From positions 323,380 through 387,379 of the forward strand of contig OW569390.1 of the NCBI GenBank assembly GCA_937625935.1: a stretch of 64,000 bases of DNA, given 5' to 3'. The DNA comes from Tetramitus jugosus. Lineage: Eukaryota; Protista; Heterolobosea. Below, piece by piece: positions 24,801 to 34,628 of this stretch (within the stretch, counting starts at the first letter, position 1; each line of letters begins with the position of its first letter). Made by a program: the position numbers and the translations under genes. The notes under the pieces are model-generated. The model had not been told where the DNA came from. It saw only the letters and a program-made list of their open reading frames with translations, and searched no databases.

Positions 24801-25212
24801 GATATGATGATCCATGTACAATCACACCATCTCGATTGCTATTGTTGTTGTTGTCTTCATCAACAAAATCAATGTTTCCATTCAGAGGAGGATGTGTCAA
24901 GAAGGACATTGGTTGTTGATGGTGATTTTGGTTGTGATGATGATGGTGATGATGGTGAGCATGTACATCATAAAAATAATTTTCTTCATCATCGTCGTCA
25001 TCATCACGATTGACGCTAATCAATGAGCGATTGCGCTTTGTAAACTCTGTAGGAGCATTTTGTGGTTGAATGATTGCAAATTTGTTTTGTGAATGAATTC
25101 TGCGTTGTTGATGAATTTGATGCTCTTGATGAAAGAGACTGTTGAGTTCATCGAGCTTTGATTGTTGTTGCTGTAGCTGTTGTTGTTGAGTTGTTGTCGT
25201 CGATTCACTCAT
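21858..25212 (-). CDS. Importin-alpha-like ARM-repeat protein with a long low-complexity N-terminus; exons 25212-23131, 22996-22752, 22677-21858
   Basis: Motifs 'FRKLLS', 'QFEAAWALTNIASG', 'ALGNIAGD', 'WTLSNLC', 'CWAISYL', 'TPALRAIGNIVTG', 'EACFTISNITAG' and 'KKEAAWAISN'. Introns 22997-23130 and 22678-22751 are in frame. Confidence 0.9.
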
Positions 25213-25853
25213 TCCACACAGCTGCACCACGAAAAAAACAATGTAATTTTTTTTCTATTCGATGGTGAATGAAGAAGATTGGTCGATGATTTGTCTACTT
25301 GGTGGTGATTTGATTGACCAAAATTTGAATCTTTTTGGACGAAAGTTTTGCTTGTTTCACGCAATTTTGGCTTCTCTCCGCCAGTGGATGCGCAATGAGA
25401 AAAAAGTTCCTTGAATGAAGATGTAAGTTTTTTTCAAAGTTTTCTATGTTTCCCTTCTCACATCATTGTGGGTGTACTGAATACCAGCGAAAGCAAAGGA
25501 GATGTATGAGATTGAAGCAAAAGCATTTACACATTGTAAAGGCATGTCACCGAACTCCGAAAACACGGAGAAAATATTGGCGGATTTTTCATTTCGGCTC
25601 GGACGAAGAAGAGTTTTCGTGCGATAATCGCCAAAAACAGCCCAATGCCTATCCGAAGGCAAGTCCTCGCTGAATTCCCTTGGAATCCCGCCGTCTCTTC
25701 GAACAAAGGACGCTCTTTTCAATCGTTGGTGATGCTGTGATTGGATTGTCTTCTTCCCATTGTCCTGCTCTATTCCTTTCCAACAAAACACCAAAACACA
25801 ATAATACCTGTACACCAACATCACCAACACGCCCATCATACTGTTTCTCGAAC

Positions 25854-27614
25854 ATGTTCCGAAGTCACCCAATAGAAAGCAGGCGTGGTTCACAGAGCAG
25901 TGAAACTACGAATAGCCACAATAGCAAACCACCCAAGCTGAGGCGGAATTCCGAGGACATTGATTTTTCATACTTGAATGATACGAGTAGCTATCACAGA
26001 TGCTTGTTCTCTTCTGTCATTCTACTCATTGTTCTGTGCATTGGTTTCATGGTGCTGGTCTCCAGTTTTGTCGCCAGTGCAGTCTCCTCTGATTATCGAG
26101 ACCTGGACAGTGATTTGGGAACTACCATTTCAGAAATTTTACATGCTGGCAATAACAATAACAAGTATGACGAACAACTACAACAACCACCACAACCACA
26201 ACAACTACAACAACTACAACAACTACAACTCCCACAGAACCAATCACTACAACAACAACAAGCACCCCAGCAACCAAATCGCCATCCGCTGCCACCTCCA
26301 CGGCAAAGAGTTCCCCCTAAGCGCGTTCGTTTCATCCCGCGACCAGATCCTTACCACCAACAATCGATCGCAAAATTTTTGAGCGAAACAAGCGAGGATG
26401 AGCGCCAAAATTGGATTACGGCCGAGTTCAAGCGGATTAAGCAAGCTACAGTAGCGACGAATGACGACGACACAAAAAAGGTGACCATTGAGCTCTATAC
26501 GATTACAAACAATAATGAAAATCGAACCGTTTCCACTTCTTTTGAGACACTCGACGAGAACAGTAGTGCGTTTCTCTATTACAAGTATGTGCTCAATGAG
26601 ACGTTGGATGATAAGCTCAAGAGAGTGTCTTCTCCGTTGGTGGTTGACAAAGAATCGATAGATTATGATCCAAAGAATCGAGAGGTCATTGTTACGACTG
26701 CAACCTATTCCTTTAGAAATTTTTTGTACAATTGGATGTGCAGCATTCAAAATATGGAGAAGGAAAACAACATGTCATTGACGAGTAACAGCGGAGAGGA
26801 GAAACCAAGGAGCTTATTGGATCGATTGATCATTTATACGACTGATCACACGCTTGCCTGGGAACTCGTTTCGAAACGAAAGTTTTTCAATGTTCATATC
26901 GACTGGAAAGCTTCTCGCGACACGAATGCAAACTCTCCTTCTTCTCTATCGTTCAACACACTGGCCTATCAGAGATTGATCATGTACCGGACGTTGTTCA
27001 TTAATCAAGTGCTCAATACGTATAATTACACGCTCTTGTTGGCTGATAATGATGCAGTTTGGCTGAGAGATCCTTTCCCTGTGCTCAAGAGTAAGGAATA
27101 TGAAAATTATGATCTGGTTGCTCAGAATGATGCGCTACCAAAAGGAGCAAACTTGACCTGTGGTGGATTCCTCTATTTGAAGAACACTGAGGGCATGAGA
27201 TATGTTTGGGCGAATATTACATCCCAGTTTACAACTCTGATATCGAATACGGTTCGTCCAGCATCCTTGAACGAGCAAGAAATGTTGCCAAAGTTTGATG
27301 GAAAGCAGTATAAGATTGCTTACCTGCCCAAGAGTTGGTTTCCAACTGGAAAGGACTACTTTGAACTGTCACGCGAGCCTCGACTTGACTACCCAGCAGT
27401 TCACGTCGTTCATAACAACTTTGTGATTGGTTCAGTGAAAAAGTTGGTTCGATTCCAAAAGTATAACAAGTATTTGTGGCAAGTCGATGCATACAAGGAT
27501 TACAAGTGCGAGGAAAGAGTGATGCCTGATTTGTCAAAGATTACGATGCCACCCCCACCTCCACCCACACCTCCTCGAAAGAGAGTTAACAATGTCTTCT
27601 CTCGACGGACATAA
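25854..27614 (+). CDS. Type II membrane nucleotide-diphospho-sugar transferase (GT77-like)
   Basis: N-terminal TM helix, Q/P-rich stem, 'FLYNWMCS', DxD motif 'LADNDAVWLRDP', 'CGGFLYL', 'NEQ' and 'VHNNFVIG..KKL.RF'. Confidence 0.85.
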   Translation: MFRSHPIESRRGSQSSETTNSHNSKPPKLRRNSEDIDFSYLNDTSSYHRCLFSSVILLIVLCIGFMVLVSSFVASAVSSDYRDLDSDLGTTISEILHAGNNNNKYDEQLQQPPQPQQLQQLQQLQLPQNQSLQQQQAPQQPNRHPLPPPRQRVPPKRVRFIPRPDPYHQQSIAKFLSETSEDERQNWITAEFKRIKQATVATNDDDTKKVTIELYTITNNNENRTVSTSFETLDENSSAFLYYKYVLNETLDDKLKRVSSPLVVDKESIDYDPKNREVIVTTATYSFRNFLYNWMCSIQNMEKENNMSLTSNSGEEKPRSLLDRLIIYTTDHTLAWELVSKRKFFNVHIDWKASRDTNANSPSSLSFNTLAYQRLIMYRTLFINQVLNTYNYTLLLADNDAVWLRDPFPVLKSKEYENYDLVAQNDALPKGANLTCGGFLYLKNTEGMRYVWANITSQFTTLISNTVRPASLNEQEMLPKFDGKQYKIAYLPKSWFPTGKDYFELSREPRLDYPAVHVVHNNFVIGSVKKLVRFQKYNKYLWQVDAYKDYKCEERVMPDLSKITMPPPPPPTPPRKRVNNVFSRRT

Positions 27615-27631
27615 ACTAACTTTATTTCAAG

Positions 27632-29062
27632 TTATTCTCTCTTTTCATTCAGATTATTCAGTGATTGAACACGGGCCAATCGTTCCAACTTTTGTTCGTA
27701 GGCTGACTTTGTCCAATCATGCGGTTTCAATCCCTCGTCCAACATTCGGTGCCACACTCTTTTCACCTCGTCAACACTCTTACTTTCGTTGATTTCGTGA
27801 ATGTATTCGAGTGATGGATCTTCTGGGTGCATCTTACACTTGGTTCGACTATCGAAACACAAGGATGCAAGCTCGAGCAACCGATCACTGCTGGTGACAT
27901 CTAAAGCTTCTGGTCGCAATCTGGCCTTTTCAAAAAATCGAAATCCTGCTCGCTTCTCCAACTCCCCAATCGGCACTTCATAAGTGGATAGATCCACCTC
28001 TGGTTTAATGTATTCGTTGGGCAACAAAAAGGCACTCATCACAAGAGACTTTTTCTCTGTTTCGTTGCCTTGTGGCGAGTTCTTTTCTGCTAGTACAACC
28101 TTGTACAGATGAGTTGGTACATGGACTTGTCCATCTCCAATCACTTCATGGGTCAATACTCTCTTCACAGGTGTCTCTTCACCCAGATCATTGCGACCAC
28201 GCTCCAAATACTGATCGTGATCCTTTGGCAAAAACAATGGACCAGTGATCACATGCACTTGACCGTACTCTCGAGGTAAATTACGCACAAAAGTCTCAAA
28301 TCTTCTCCAATAACCTCTATTGTTTCTTGCGTTCTGTGGCACAATATTCTGATTCAAATAGAATGTCTGGTTCAGTGCATGTTGTGACGATCTCATATCA
28401 CCTGCTGGGATCATGTGACCACGATCATAACCAGAGTGCCAATAATCACCATTGGAAGCTCTGAATATATCATCCATGTGATCGTTTGGATCAGGACCAA
28501 ACACAGATCTCTCTCTCGTCACTTCATCTGCATTTTGTGTAGTTGTAGCTGCATTTGTAGAGGCATTCGAAGATCTTCTTCGTCTCAAAGTTTCCGTGCT
28601 CAGTGTGTTGGCTACCCACAGAGGAATCTTTCTTGCTTGATCAACCTTTGAAATGTACTGATCATAGAAGAACAAGTGAGAGGAAACAGATGCATTTTCT
28701 TGCACTTCTTCACTACTAATACTACTATGACTCGCAGCATTTGCAACATTGACATCAGGCAGACCATGGTGCAAAATGGGATACTTTTGAAGCAATTTTT
28801 GCTCATGTTCCTCCTTGACTTGTTCCTCGTGTTGATACTTGGCAACAACCTTGTGCAATTCGTCCTTTCTTTGCTTCATTTCATTAATCTTTGTACGTTG
28901 TTCTTCAATGGTATGCCTCAGTTCTTGCATTTGCTTTTGGTGACGCTTGACTAGACGTTTTGGCTCAATAATGTCCATTTCATAGGTGAATGCAGCAGTA
29001 CTGGCACCGATCACGAGGAATGCACCAGCGATACCTACAAGTTTTCTTGATGAAGATGCCAT
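27632..29062 (-). CDS. Mitochondrial endonuclease G/EXOG-like DNA/RNA non-specific nuclease
   Basis: Motifs 'GYDRGHMIPA', 'TFYLNQNIVPQ...NNRGYW', 'TGPLFLP', 'VPTHLYKV' and 'LEKRAGFRFF'. Confidence 0.92.
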   Translation of the reverse strand: MASSSRKLVGIAGAFLVIGASTAAFTYEMDIIEPKRLVKRHQKQMQELRHTIEEQRTKINEMKQRKDELHKVVAKYQHEEQVKEEHEQKLLQKYPILHHGLPDVNVANAASHSSISSEEVQENASVSSHLFFYDQYISKVDQARKIPLWVANTLSTETLRRRRSSNASTNAATTTQNADEVTRERSVFGPDPNDHMDDIFRASNGDYWHSGYDRGHMIPAGDMRSSQHALNQTFYLNQNIVPQNARNNRGYWRRFETFVRNLPREYGQVHVITGPLFLPKDHDQYLERGRNDLGEETPVKRVLTHEVIGDGQVHVPTHLYKVVLAEKNSPQGNETEKKSLVMSAFLLPNEYIKPEVDLSTYEVPIGELEKRAGFRFFEKARLRPEALDVTSSDRLLELASLCFDSRTKCKMHPEDPSLEYIHEINESKSVDEVKRVWHRMLDEGLKPHDWTKSAYEQKLERLARVQSLNNLNEKRE

Positions 29063-29220
29063 TTCAATATGGTGGTTTTTGTGGTTGGGCTTGCTTTTGT
29101 TTTTGTTTTTTGGGCGATCTGAAAGATTCGATTTTTGATGTTGGTTTTTGGGAATTGAAATGATTCAGGAAGAGAACTGGTTTGAAGGAAGTTCTCCTCC
29201 TGTCAAATTCATTCATTTTT

Positions 29221-31260
29221 CTAGAGTGTGAGATGAGGTTGCTTACTAATCGGAGTGGGTGCCTTTCTAGTCAGAGATTTGCTCTGTTTGTTACGTTTCT
29301 TGAGAAAATCCTTGTGTTGCTGAGTGAGGGCATACTTCCAATCTCTGCATTGTATGGCATCTGCAGATCGATCCGATCTGTCATACAGTGCTCGTGAACG
29401 GTCCAGAAGAGACAACTTTTCCAGAACGGGGACAGACTCAGAGTTTACAATATCTCGAATCATGAGTAGTGAAATCTCATGGTTCATATTGTTCTGAAGA
29501 TAGGTAGTCACCAAACGAATCTTGTACCAATCACCTGGCAGAACCATGAAATCCTTGAAAAATGTCACTGTTTGCTCAGCTCGAGCTAGATCGTTCTGAG
29601 ACAGATAATAGGACAGCATGAGATACACTGTTTGATCATTCACTACAGCATGATGCTTCTTGATCATGTCAAAAGCCTCTTCTAGCAATGAAAATTGCAA
29701 CAGGGATTTCAACAATTGATTTAAGATGTAGGAAGAAAATTGACCGAGAGTTAAAATGTTTCGCTCTGTTTGCAGCAATGCATCTCGATGATCATCTCTG
29801 AGCACAACATCCTTCAAATTCCGAATCGTATTATTAATAAAATAGTTGGCAAACAGTTCTACCGTTTCCAAGTCTTGTTGAATACCAAAGCTCGTTCTCA
29901 AGTAATTAAATAGCTCAATCGATGTCTCTATATTGTTCTTTGGCAACAATTGTTTCAACAGAGCATTCAACGACTTCACATTGATATCAAATCCAGATTC
30001 GTTCAACCGTTTCAAAAACAAATCGACATAAACTCGCTCGTTTGTTTTTGCAACACGAGACAACATGAGCAACGCATTATCGTTTTGAATGCGCACATGA
30101 GAAATGTACTTGATTGTAATCTCTTCAATTCTCGGATCCTTCCATCTCCCAGCAATCAACAACACTGCAGAAACAACATCATCATGATACTTGAACTGTT
30201 CTGGAATCAACTGTAAAAACTCTATAAACGATTGAATATTCTCCTCTACTCCATAATAATGAGACAATGACCGAACGACAACAACGTACGGTATGACTGA
30301 TCCATGCGTGTGCGTCAACAATCTCTTTCTCACATAATCATTCACTTTCTCCATGTCAAAAACAATTGGATCCGGTGCATTCTTCCTCGTACAATACACT
30401 TGTTTCTTACACTCGGCCTGAATCATCATATCATAACAAAACGAGTTTGGATTCACAATTTTTTGAAACAAGTACTCACATTCATCATACTTTCGACTCA
30501 CCAACAAGTGAAACAAGAAATCACCCATGACATATGCATTAAAATCTCCACTCTTCAAATATTCTTCACCCCAAGAAACGATCAATTCTGGTCTGTTGTG
30601 CAACGATGTGAAAATTGGCTCTCTTTGTTCCTTGTTGACACGCGAATGAGTGATACTTGATGTGAGTGACTTTAATATGGGTTTTAACTGATCGGCAATC
30701 GTGTCTTTTGATATGAATTTGTTGTTGATGAGTGATCGAGTCAATTGAAGTGCCATCATCCATTCATCGAATTGACTCTTGATCAAATACTCACTCTTTT
30801 CATCACTTTGACTCATGATATGATTTTTACTATTGTTATTCTTGTTATTCTTGTTATTGTGCTGGTGATGATGATGATGAACAAAATTTTGTTGTTGTAC
30901 GTGTTGAACAGCAAAAAACAGAGAAATGGCTTGATAAATTGATTCAATTTGTTGTTGTTGTTGATCGTTACTGACGTGACACAATCGTTTCATTTCAAAT
31001 TGTATGGTCGATTGAGTGAAATCTTGACCCTTGTTCAACTCCATTTGAACAATCTTTTCCATCCATTGACGCTCTAACTGAGGTCGGTGATGATGATGAT
31101 GATGATGAGGAATCAAAGTTGAGTCATCATTCGTGTAATGACGACATAGTGAGTTTTGAGTAGGAGAATTGTTTAGGCAGAGGGGAAGGTTGAGGCGAAG
31201 GAGCTCGCGAGATGATTTTTGGAGCCTGGAGAGGCGTAGTGATGCGTAACGAAGCATCAT
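29221..31260 (-). CDS. Putative mitochondrial PPR-like helical-repeat protein
   Basis: R/L/S-rich presequence and degenerate 35-aa PPR-like units ('PNSFCYDMMIQA', 'INVKSLNALLK', 'VNDQTVYLMLSYY'). Confidence 0.55.
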   Translation of the reverse strand: MMLRYASLRLSRLQKSSRELLRLNLPLCLNNSPTQNSLCRHYTNDDSTLIPHHHHHHHRPQLERQWMEKIVQMELNKGQDFTQSTIQFEMKRLCHVSNDQQQQQIESIYQAISLFFAVQHVQQQNFVHHHHHQHNNKNNKNNNSKNHIMSQSDEKSEYLIKSQFDEWMMALQLTRSLINNKFISKDTIADQLKPILKSLTSSITHSRVNKEQREPIFTSLHNRPELIVSWGEEYLKSGDFNAYVMGDFLFHLLVSRKYDECEYLFQKIVNPNSFCYDMMIQAECKKQVYCTRKNAPDPIVFDMEKVNDYVRKRLLTHTHGSVIPYVVVVRSLSHYYGVEENIQSFIEFLQLIPEQFKYHDDVVSAVLLIAGRWKDPRIEEITIKYISHVRIQNDNALLMLSRVAKTNERVYVDLFLKRLNESGFDINVKSLNALLKQLLPKNNIETSIELFNYLRTSFGIQQDLETVELFANYFINNTIRNLKDVVLRDDHRDALLQTERNILTLGQFSSYILNQLLKSLLQFSLLEEAFDMIKKHHAVVNDQTVYLMLSYYLSQNDLARAEQTVTFFKDFMVLPGDWYKIRLVTTYLQNNMNHEISLLMIRDIVNSESVPVLEKLSLLDRSRALYDRSDRSADAIQCRDWKYALTQQHKDFLKKRNKQSKSLTRKAPTPISKQPHLTL

Positions 31261-32229
31261 CAAAGATATGTTGTGTTTTGTTTGTTGTGAAAATGCAAAA
31301 TGCACTGAAACAGAAAAGCTATTTCATCCGATGAGAGCACTTTCTGCGGAAAGGACAGGAAAAACTTTGGTAAAATGCATCAGTAGATCCAATTTGTTTC
31401 TCTACATATATGCGTTTGGACATATGCTTGTCTATTAAATTGTGTAACATCACTTGCGATAGGGTAGGCTTTACGTAATCGTTGCATAGGAAAAGGTGGT
31501 TGTCGAATGTACAAATTAATTTTGGGTCGAGATAAGTCTCGGCGGAGAAAATTGAGACAGAAGAGAAATGAAAGTGCCAACCGAATAAAAGTACCACACA
31601 AGAAAAAGCTGGAGACATTTTGTCTGATGTTACTTCGAAACTTTGTTTGGACTGGCACAACTTCGAAGGATACATGAATGAAAATTCTGTTAAGCCTCTT
31701 AAGAATGGTGAGAATATTATTGGGTGTTGGGACAAGGGAGAAAAGAATGAAATGAAGGTAACAATCTCGCTTCCTGCATGAACCAGATAATCAAATTCCG
31801 AACACAGAATGATATATTCTTGGTGAAAAATGACTCATTGGAGATTGATGGTTTAGTTCTTTCGGTCTTTCAAGGCTGCTTCTGTCCAGAACAGAAGCTT
31901 CATATCACCACGTTGTTGTGAGGGTTTCAATCTGATCAATGCTACACGCTACTTGAAGGAGAATCAATGGGAAGAATTGTTGATAATGCTTCCGTGAACA
32001 CTCAATTCGTTTTATTCACAGCTACACTGATAGTCATCGAGAATGGATGCACCCACATTCTGAGACAGGAGGGTAGCAAGTTCATTGTAGATGAAGAATG
32101 AGTTTAATGAGGAGAAACAGGACGTCCTGTTTACAAGAACAACAAACTTGTGGTAAAATCTGCAAGGATCCGATGGTTGTATAAACACATCAATTTATTC
32201 ACAATTGTTATTGGTCAGTTCAGCGATCC

Positions 32230-33516
32230 TTAGGAGTTTCGAAGATACTGTACTAATTTGTTCCTATTGGTATTTGTCTTCAAATATGCAGCTATACCGC
32301 CCCACAAAACCATGTAGTCGGCAATAGTTGCGAAAGCATCCTTTGATCCTAAACTCAGTGAATAAGAACGGAACATTTTACCCCTGTATTGATATGAGGC
32401 TCTCTTCCCAGCTGCCAATTGTATTATGTTTTGGGCTGCTTTCTGAGCTTGCACAGCAGCTGCTCCGGCAAGTTTTTCACAAGGACTGTTGTTGAGATCA
32501 CCGATTGCAAACACATTCTCATAACCTTCACATTGCAGATAGGTGTTGACCTTTACGAAACCGGATGAATCCACTTCTATAAGTACTCTATTTTCATTGT
32601 CTTGAGTGATGAAATCTGTGTTTGGTCTCAGAGATCCACACCAGAATACCATGGATGCATCATTGATTTCCGTAACAGTGGACGGTGATACATCCTCCAG
32701 TTTGGGATTAGGATCGATTCTTAACTTTTTTTTGACAGCAGGATCGACATCTTGGTCAAAATGAGGTGAGTCAGAGCTTACACGATGACCGAGAATGACT
32801 TCCACTTGGTTTCTTTGCATGAAATCCATGATATAGTTATGAATGGACTGAGAGTTGGATCGATCCTTGAGCAGCATTCTGCTATGGATCAACGTGATCT
32901 TGAATGGATTGGTTGATCGATTCAAATCGGCCAATTCACCTACGAGCTCCAATCCCAGAGCTCCTCCACCCACAACAACAATATGATTGTTATCTGGTGA
33001 GTGAATTTGCTGCTGGAATGTTTGCAATTCGATTCTTCGCATCACAGAATTCACTTGTTTGTTTGGATCAGGTTTCACATAAGGTGTCGAATACAATGAA
33101 CCAGTGGCCAATACCAAGTAATCATACTCAAGAACACGTTCCTCTGTTCCATTGTCATTCTCGACTGCAATAGTTACCGTTCTTCGTCTCTCTCTGGACT
33201 GACTATCTTCGTGCACATTTCCATTGTTGGTGTCCAGTGTAACAGGTTCATCATTCAGAGAGGTTGCCCTTGCACCAGTTATAAACTCGAGGCAATGTCC
33301 ATTCCTTCTGTAAGTCTGTTCCAGCTCCTGGAGCATAATATGTGCAGGTTCGAATTCATCTGGCTGCACCATCATTCGAAGAGAGTACAATCCAGACTCT
33401 ACAAAATCTTTCTTCTCAACCAGAGTGATATCGAACAACAGAGACGATTGATTGGTCAGTGTACTTGCACACTGCAATCCAGCCACGCCACCACCCAGGA
33501 TTATAACTTTCTTCAT
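32230..33516 (-). CDS. AIFM2/FSP1(AMID)-like FAD/NAD(P)H oxidoreductase
   Basis: Motifs 'ILGGGVAG', 'YDYLVLATGS', 'VVVGGGALGLELVGEL', 'GFVKVNTYLQ' and 'NVFAIGD'. Confidence 0.88.
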   Translation of the reverse strand: MKKVIILGGGVAGLQCASTLTNQSSLLFDITLVEKKDFVESGLYSLRMMVQPDEFEPAHIMLQELEQTYRRNGHCLEFITGARATSLNDEPVTLDTNNGNVHEDSQSRERRRTVTIAVENDNGTEERVLEYDYLVLATGSLYSTPYVKPDPNKQVNSVMRRIELQTFQQQIHSPDNNHIVVVGGGALGLELVGELADLNRSTNPFKITLIHSRMLLKDRSNSQSIHNYIMDFMQRNQVEVILGHRVSSDSPHFDQDVDPAVKKKLRIDPNPKLEDVSPSTVTEINDASMVFWCGSLRPNTDFITQDNENRVLIEVDSSGFVKVNTYLQCEGYENVFAIGDLNNSPCEKLAGAAAVQAQKAAQNIIQLAAGKRASYQYRGKMFRSYSLSLGSKDAFATIADYMVLWGGIAAYLKTNTNRNKLVQYLRNS

Positions 33517-33861
33517 CTATATCTCTATGGTGTTTCCTTTTTGATGTGAACCAGAGTCATGATGGCATGAACAACTCGGATTGGAATGGATCTGGGACAT
33601 TGAACATACAGAAGGAATTGAAAGTCAATTGGACAGAATGTTTAACCTACAATTCGCCCACGGCCTATAAAAGGCTCAAACATGGGAGTTACAATCTGAC
33701 AGGAAACGAATATTTGTTTATCCAGGGCTGGATGGAGCCAGTTGTTGTTCTGTTGGTTGGAGGTTTGCCATCTCTTCCGGCTATCGGACGGTGTATTCTA
33801 TCTTTTTGGAGGGAGATTAATTTCCCCGAAGAAAGCCAACACAGAAAAACGAACAAGAACA

Positions 33862-34578
33862 ATGGATCAAGTAAATGAATGGCAGGCAGATGTGGACGAA
33901 CTGAGATCATTTCTCAGTCTAGCAAAGCGCAAAAAGGTTAAAACACTGCTCAACAATGAGATCGCTATGCTTGAAAACAAGATTCTAAATGCCACACCGA
34001 CGGAGTATTCTCAGCCCGCCAAAATATCAGCTACGACATTGGCATCTGTCAACAAAACATCCCAAGCAAATTTCCGTCCCATTACATCGTATGGGTTCGA
34101 ACAGACTGAAAATGATGTTATTCATGTGTATATCTCACTAAAGGGTGTTTCTGAATCGACTCGCACAGAATTGAGCTGCACAGAACAGTCTTTTGAGCTC
34201 AAGATTTATGGTGTGGTGGATCCATCGGACAAGAGCAGCAACAAGGAAGAGAAAAATTATCGATTACAGATTGCGAGAACGGATGGAACCATAGACAAGG
34301 ATAAGAGCTTTGTTAAGGTGAAGCCAGATCGTGTCATTGTCAACTTGATCAAGACGAGTGAGAGGCATTGGTTGCAATTGTCGTACAAGAAGCAAGTAGG
34401 TGAGGATTTTGATGCTGAGAGAGATGATCCAGCAAAGGGATTAATGGGTATGATGAAACAGTTGTACGAGGAGGGAGATGAAGACATGAAGAAGACGATC
34501 GCACAGACTTGGGCAAACAATGAGAAACAAAAGAACAAGTATGCATTTCCAAGTCGAAAGGAAATGATGAGAAATTAA
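33862..34578 (+). CDS. CACYBP: Calcyclin-binding protein / Siah-interacting protein (CS + SGS domains)
   Basis: N-terminal 'DVDELRSFLSLAKRKKVK', CS domain 'ITSYGFEQ...VYISL', SGS domain 'DPAKGLMGMMKQLYEEGDEDMKKTIAQTW'. Confidence 0.9.
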   Translation: MDQVNEWQADVDELRSFLSLAKRKKVKTLLNNEIAMLENKILNATPTEYSQPAKISATTLASVNKTSQANFRPITSYGFEQTENDVIHVYISLKGVSESTRTELSCTEQSFELKIYGVVDPSDKSSNKEEKNYRLQIARTDGTIDKDKSFVKVKPDRVIVNLIKTSERHWLQLSYKKQVGEDFDAERDDPAKGLMGMMKQLYEEGDEDMKKTIAQTWANNEKQKNKYAFPSRKEMMRN

Positions 34579-34628
34579 ATGAACAAAACAGATGAGATTC
34601 AAAGGATTGTGTTGCACCTAATAACTAT

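Noticed and set aside
24093-25026. Poly-M/I/K ORFs and triplet repeats
   Set aside because: They are alternative frames of the coding low-complexity tracts in the importin-alpha-like gene, not separate genes or arrays.
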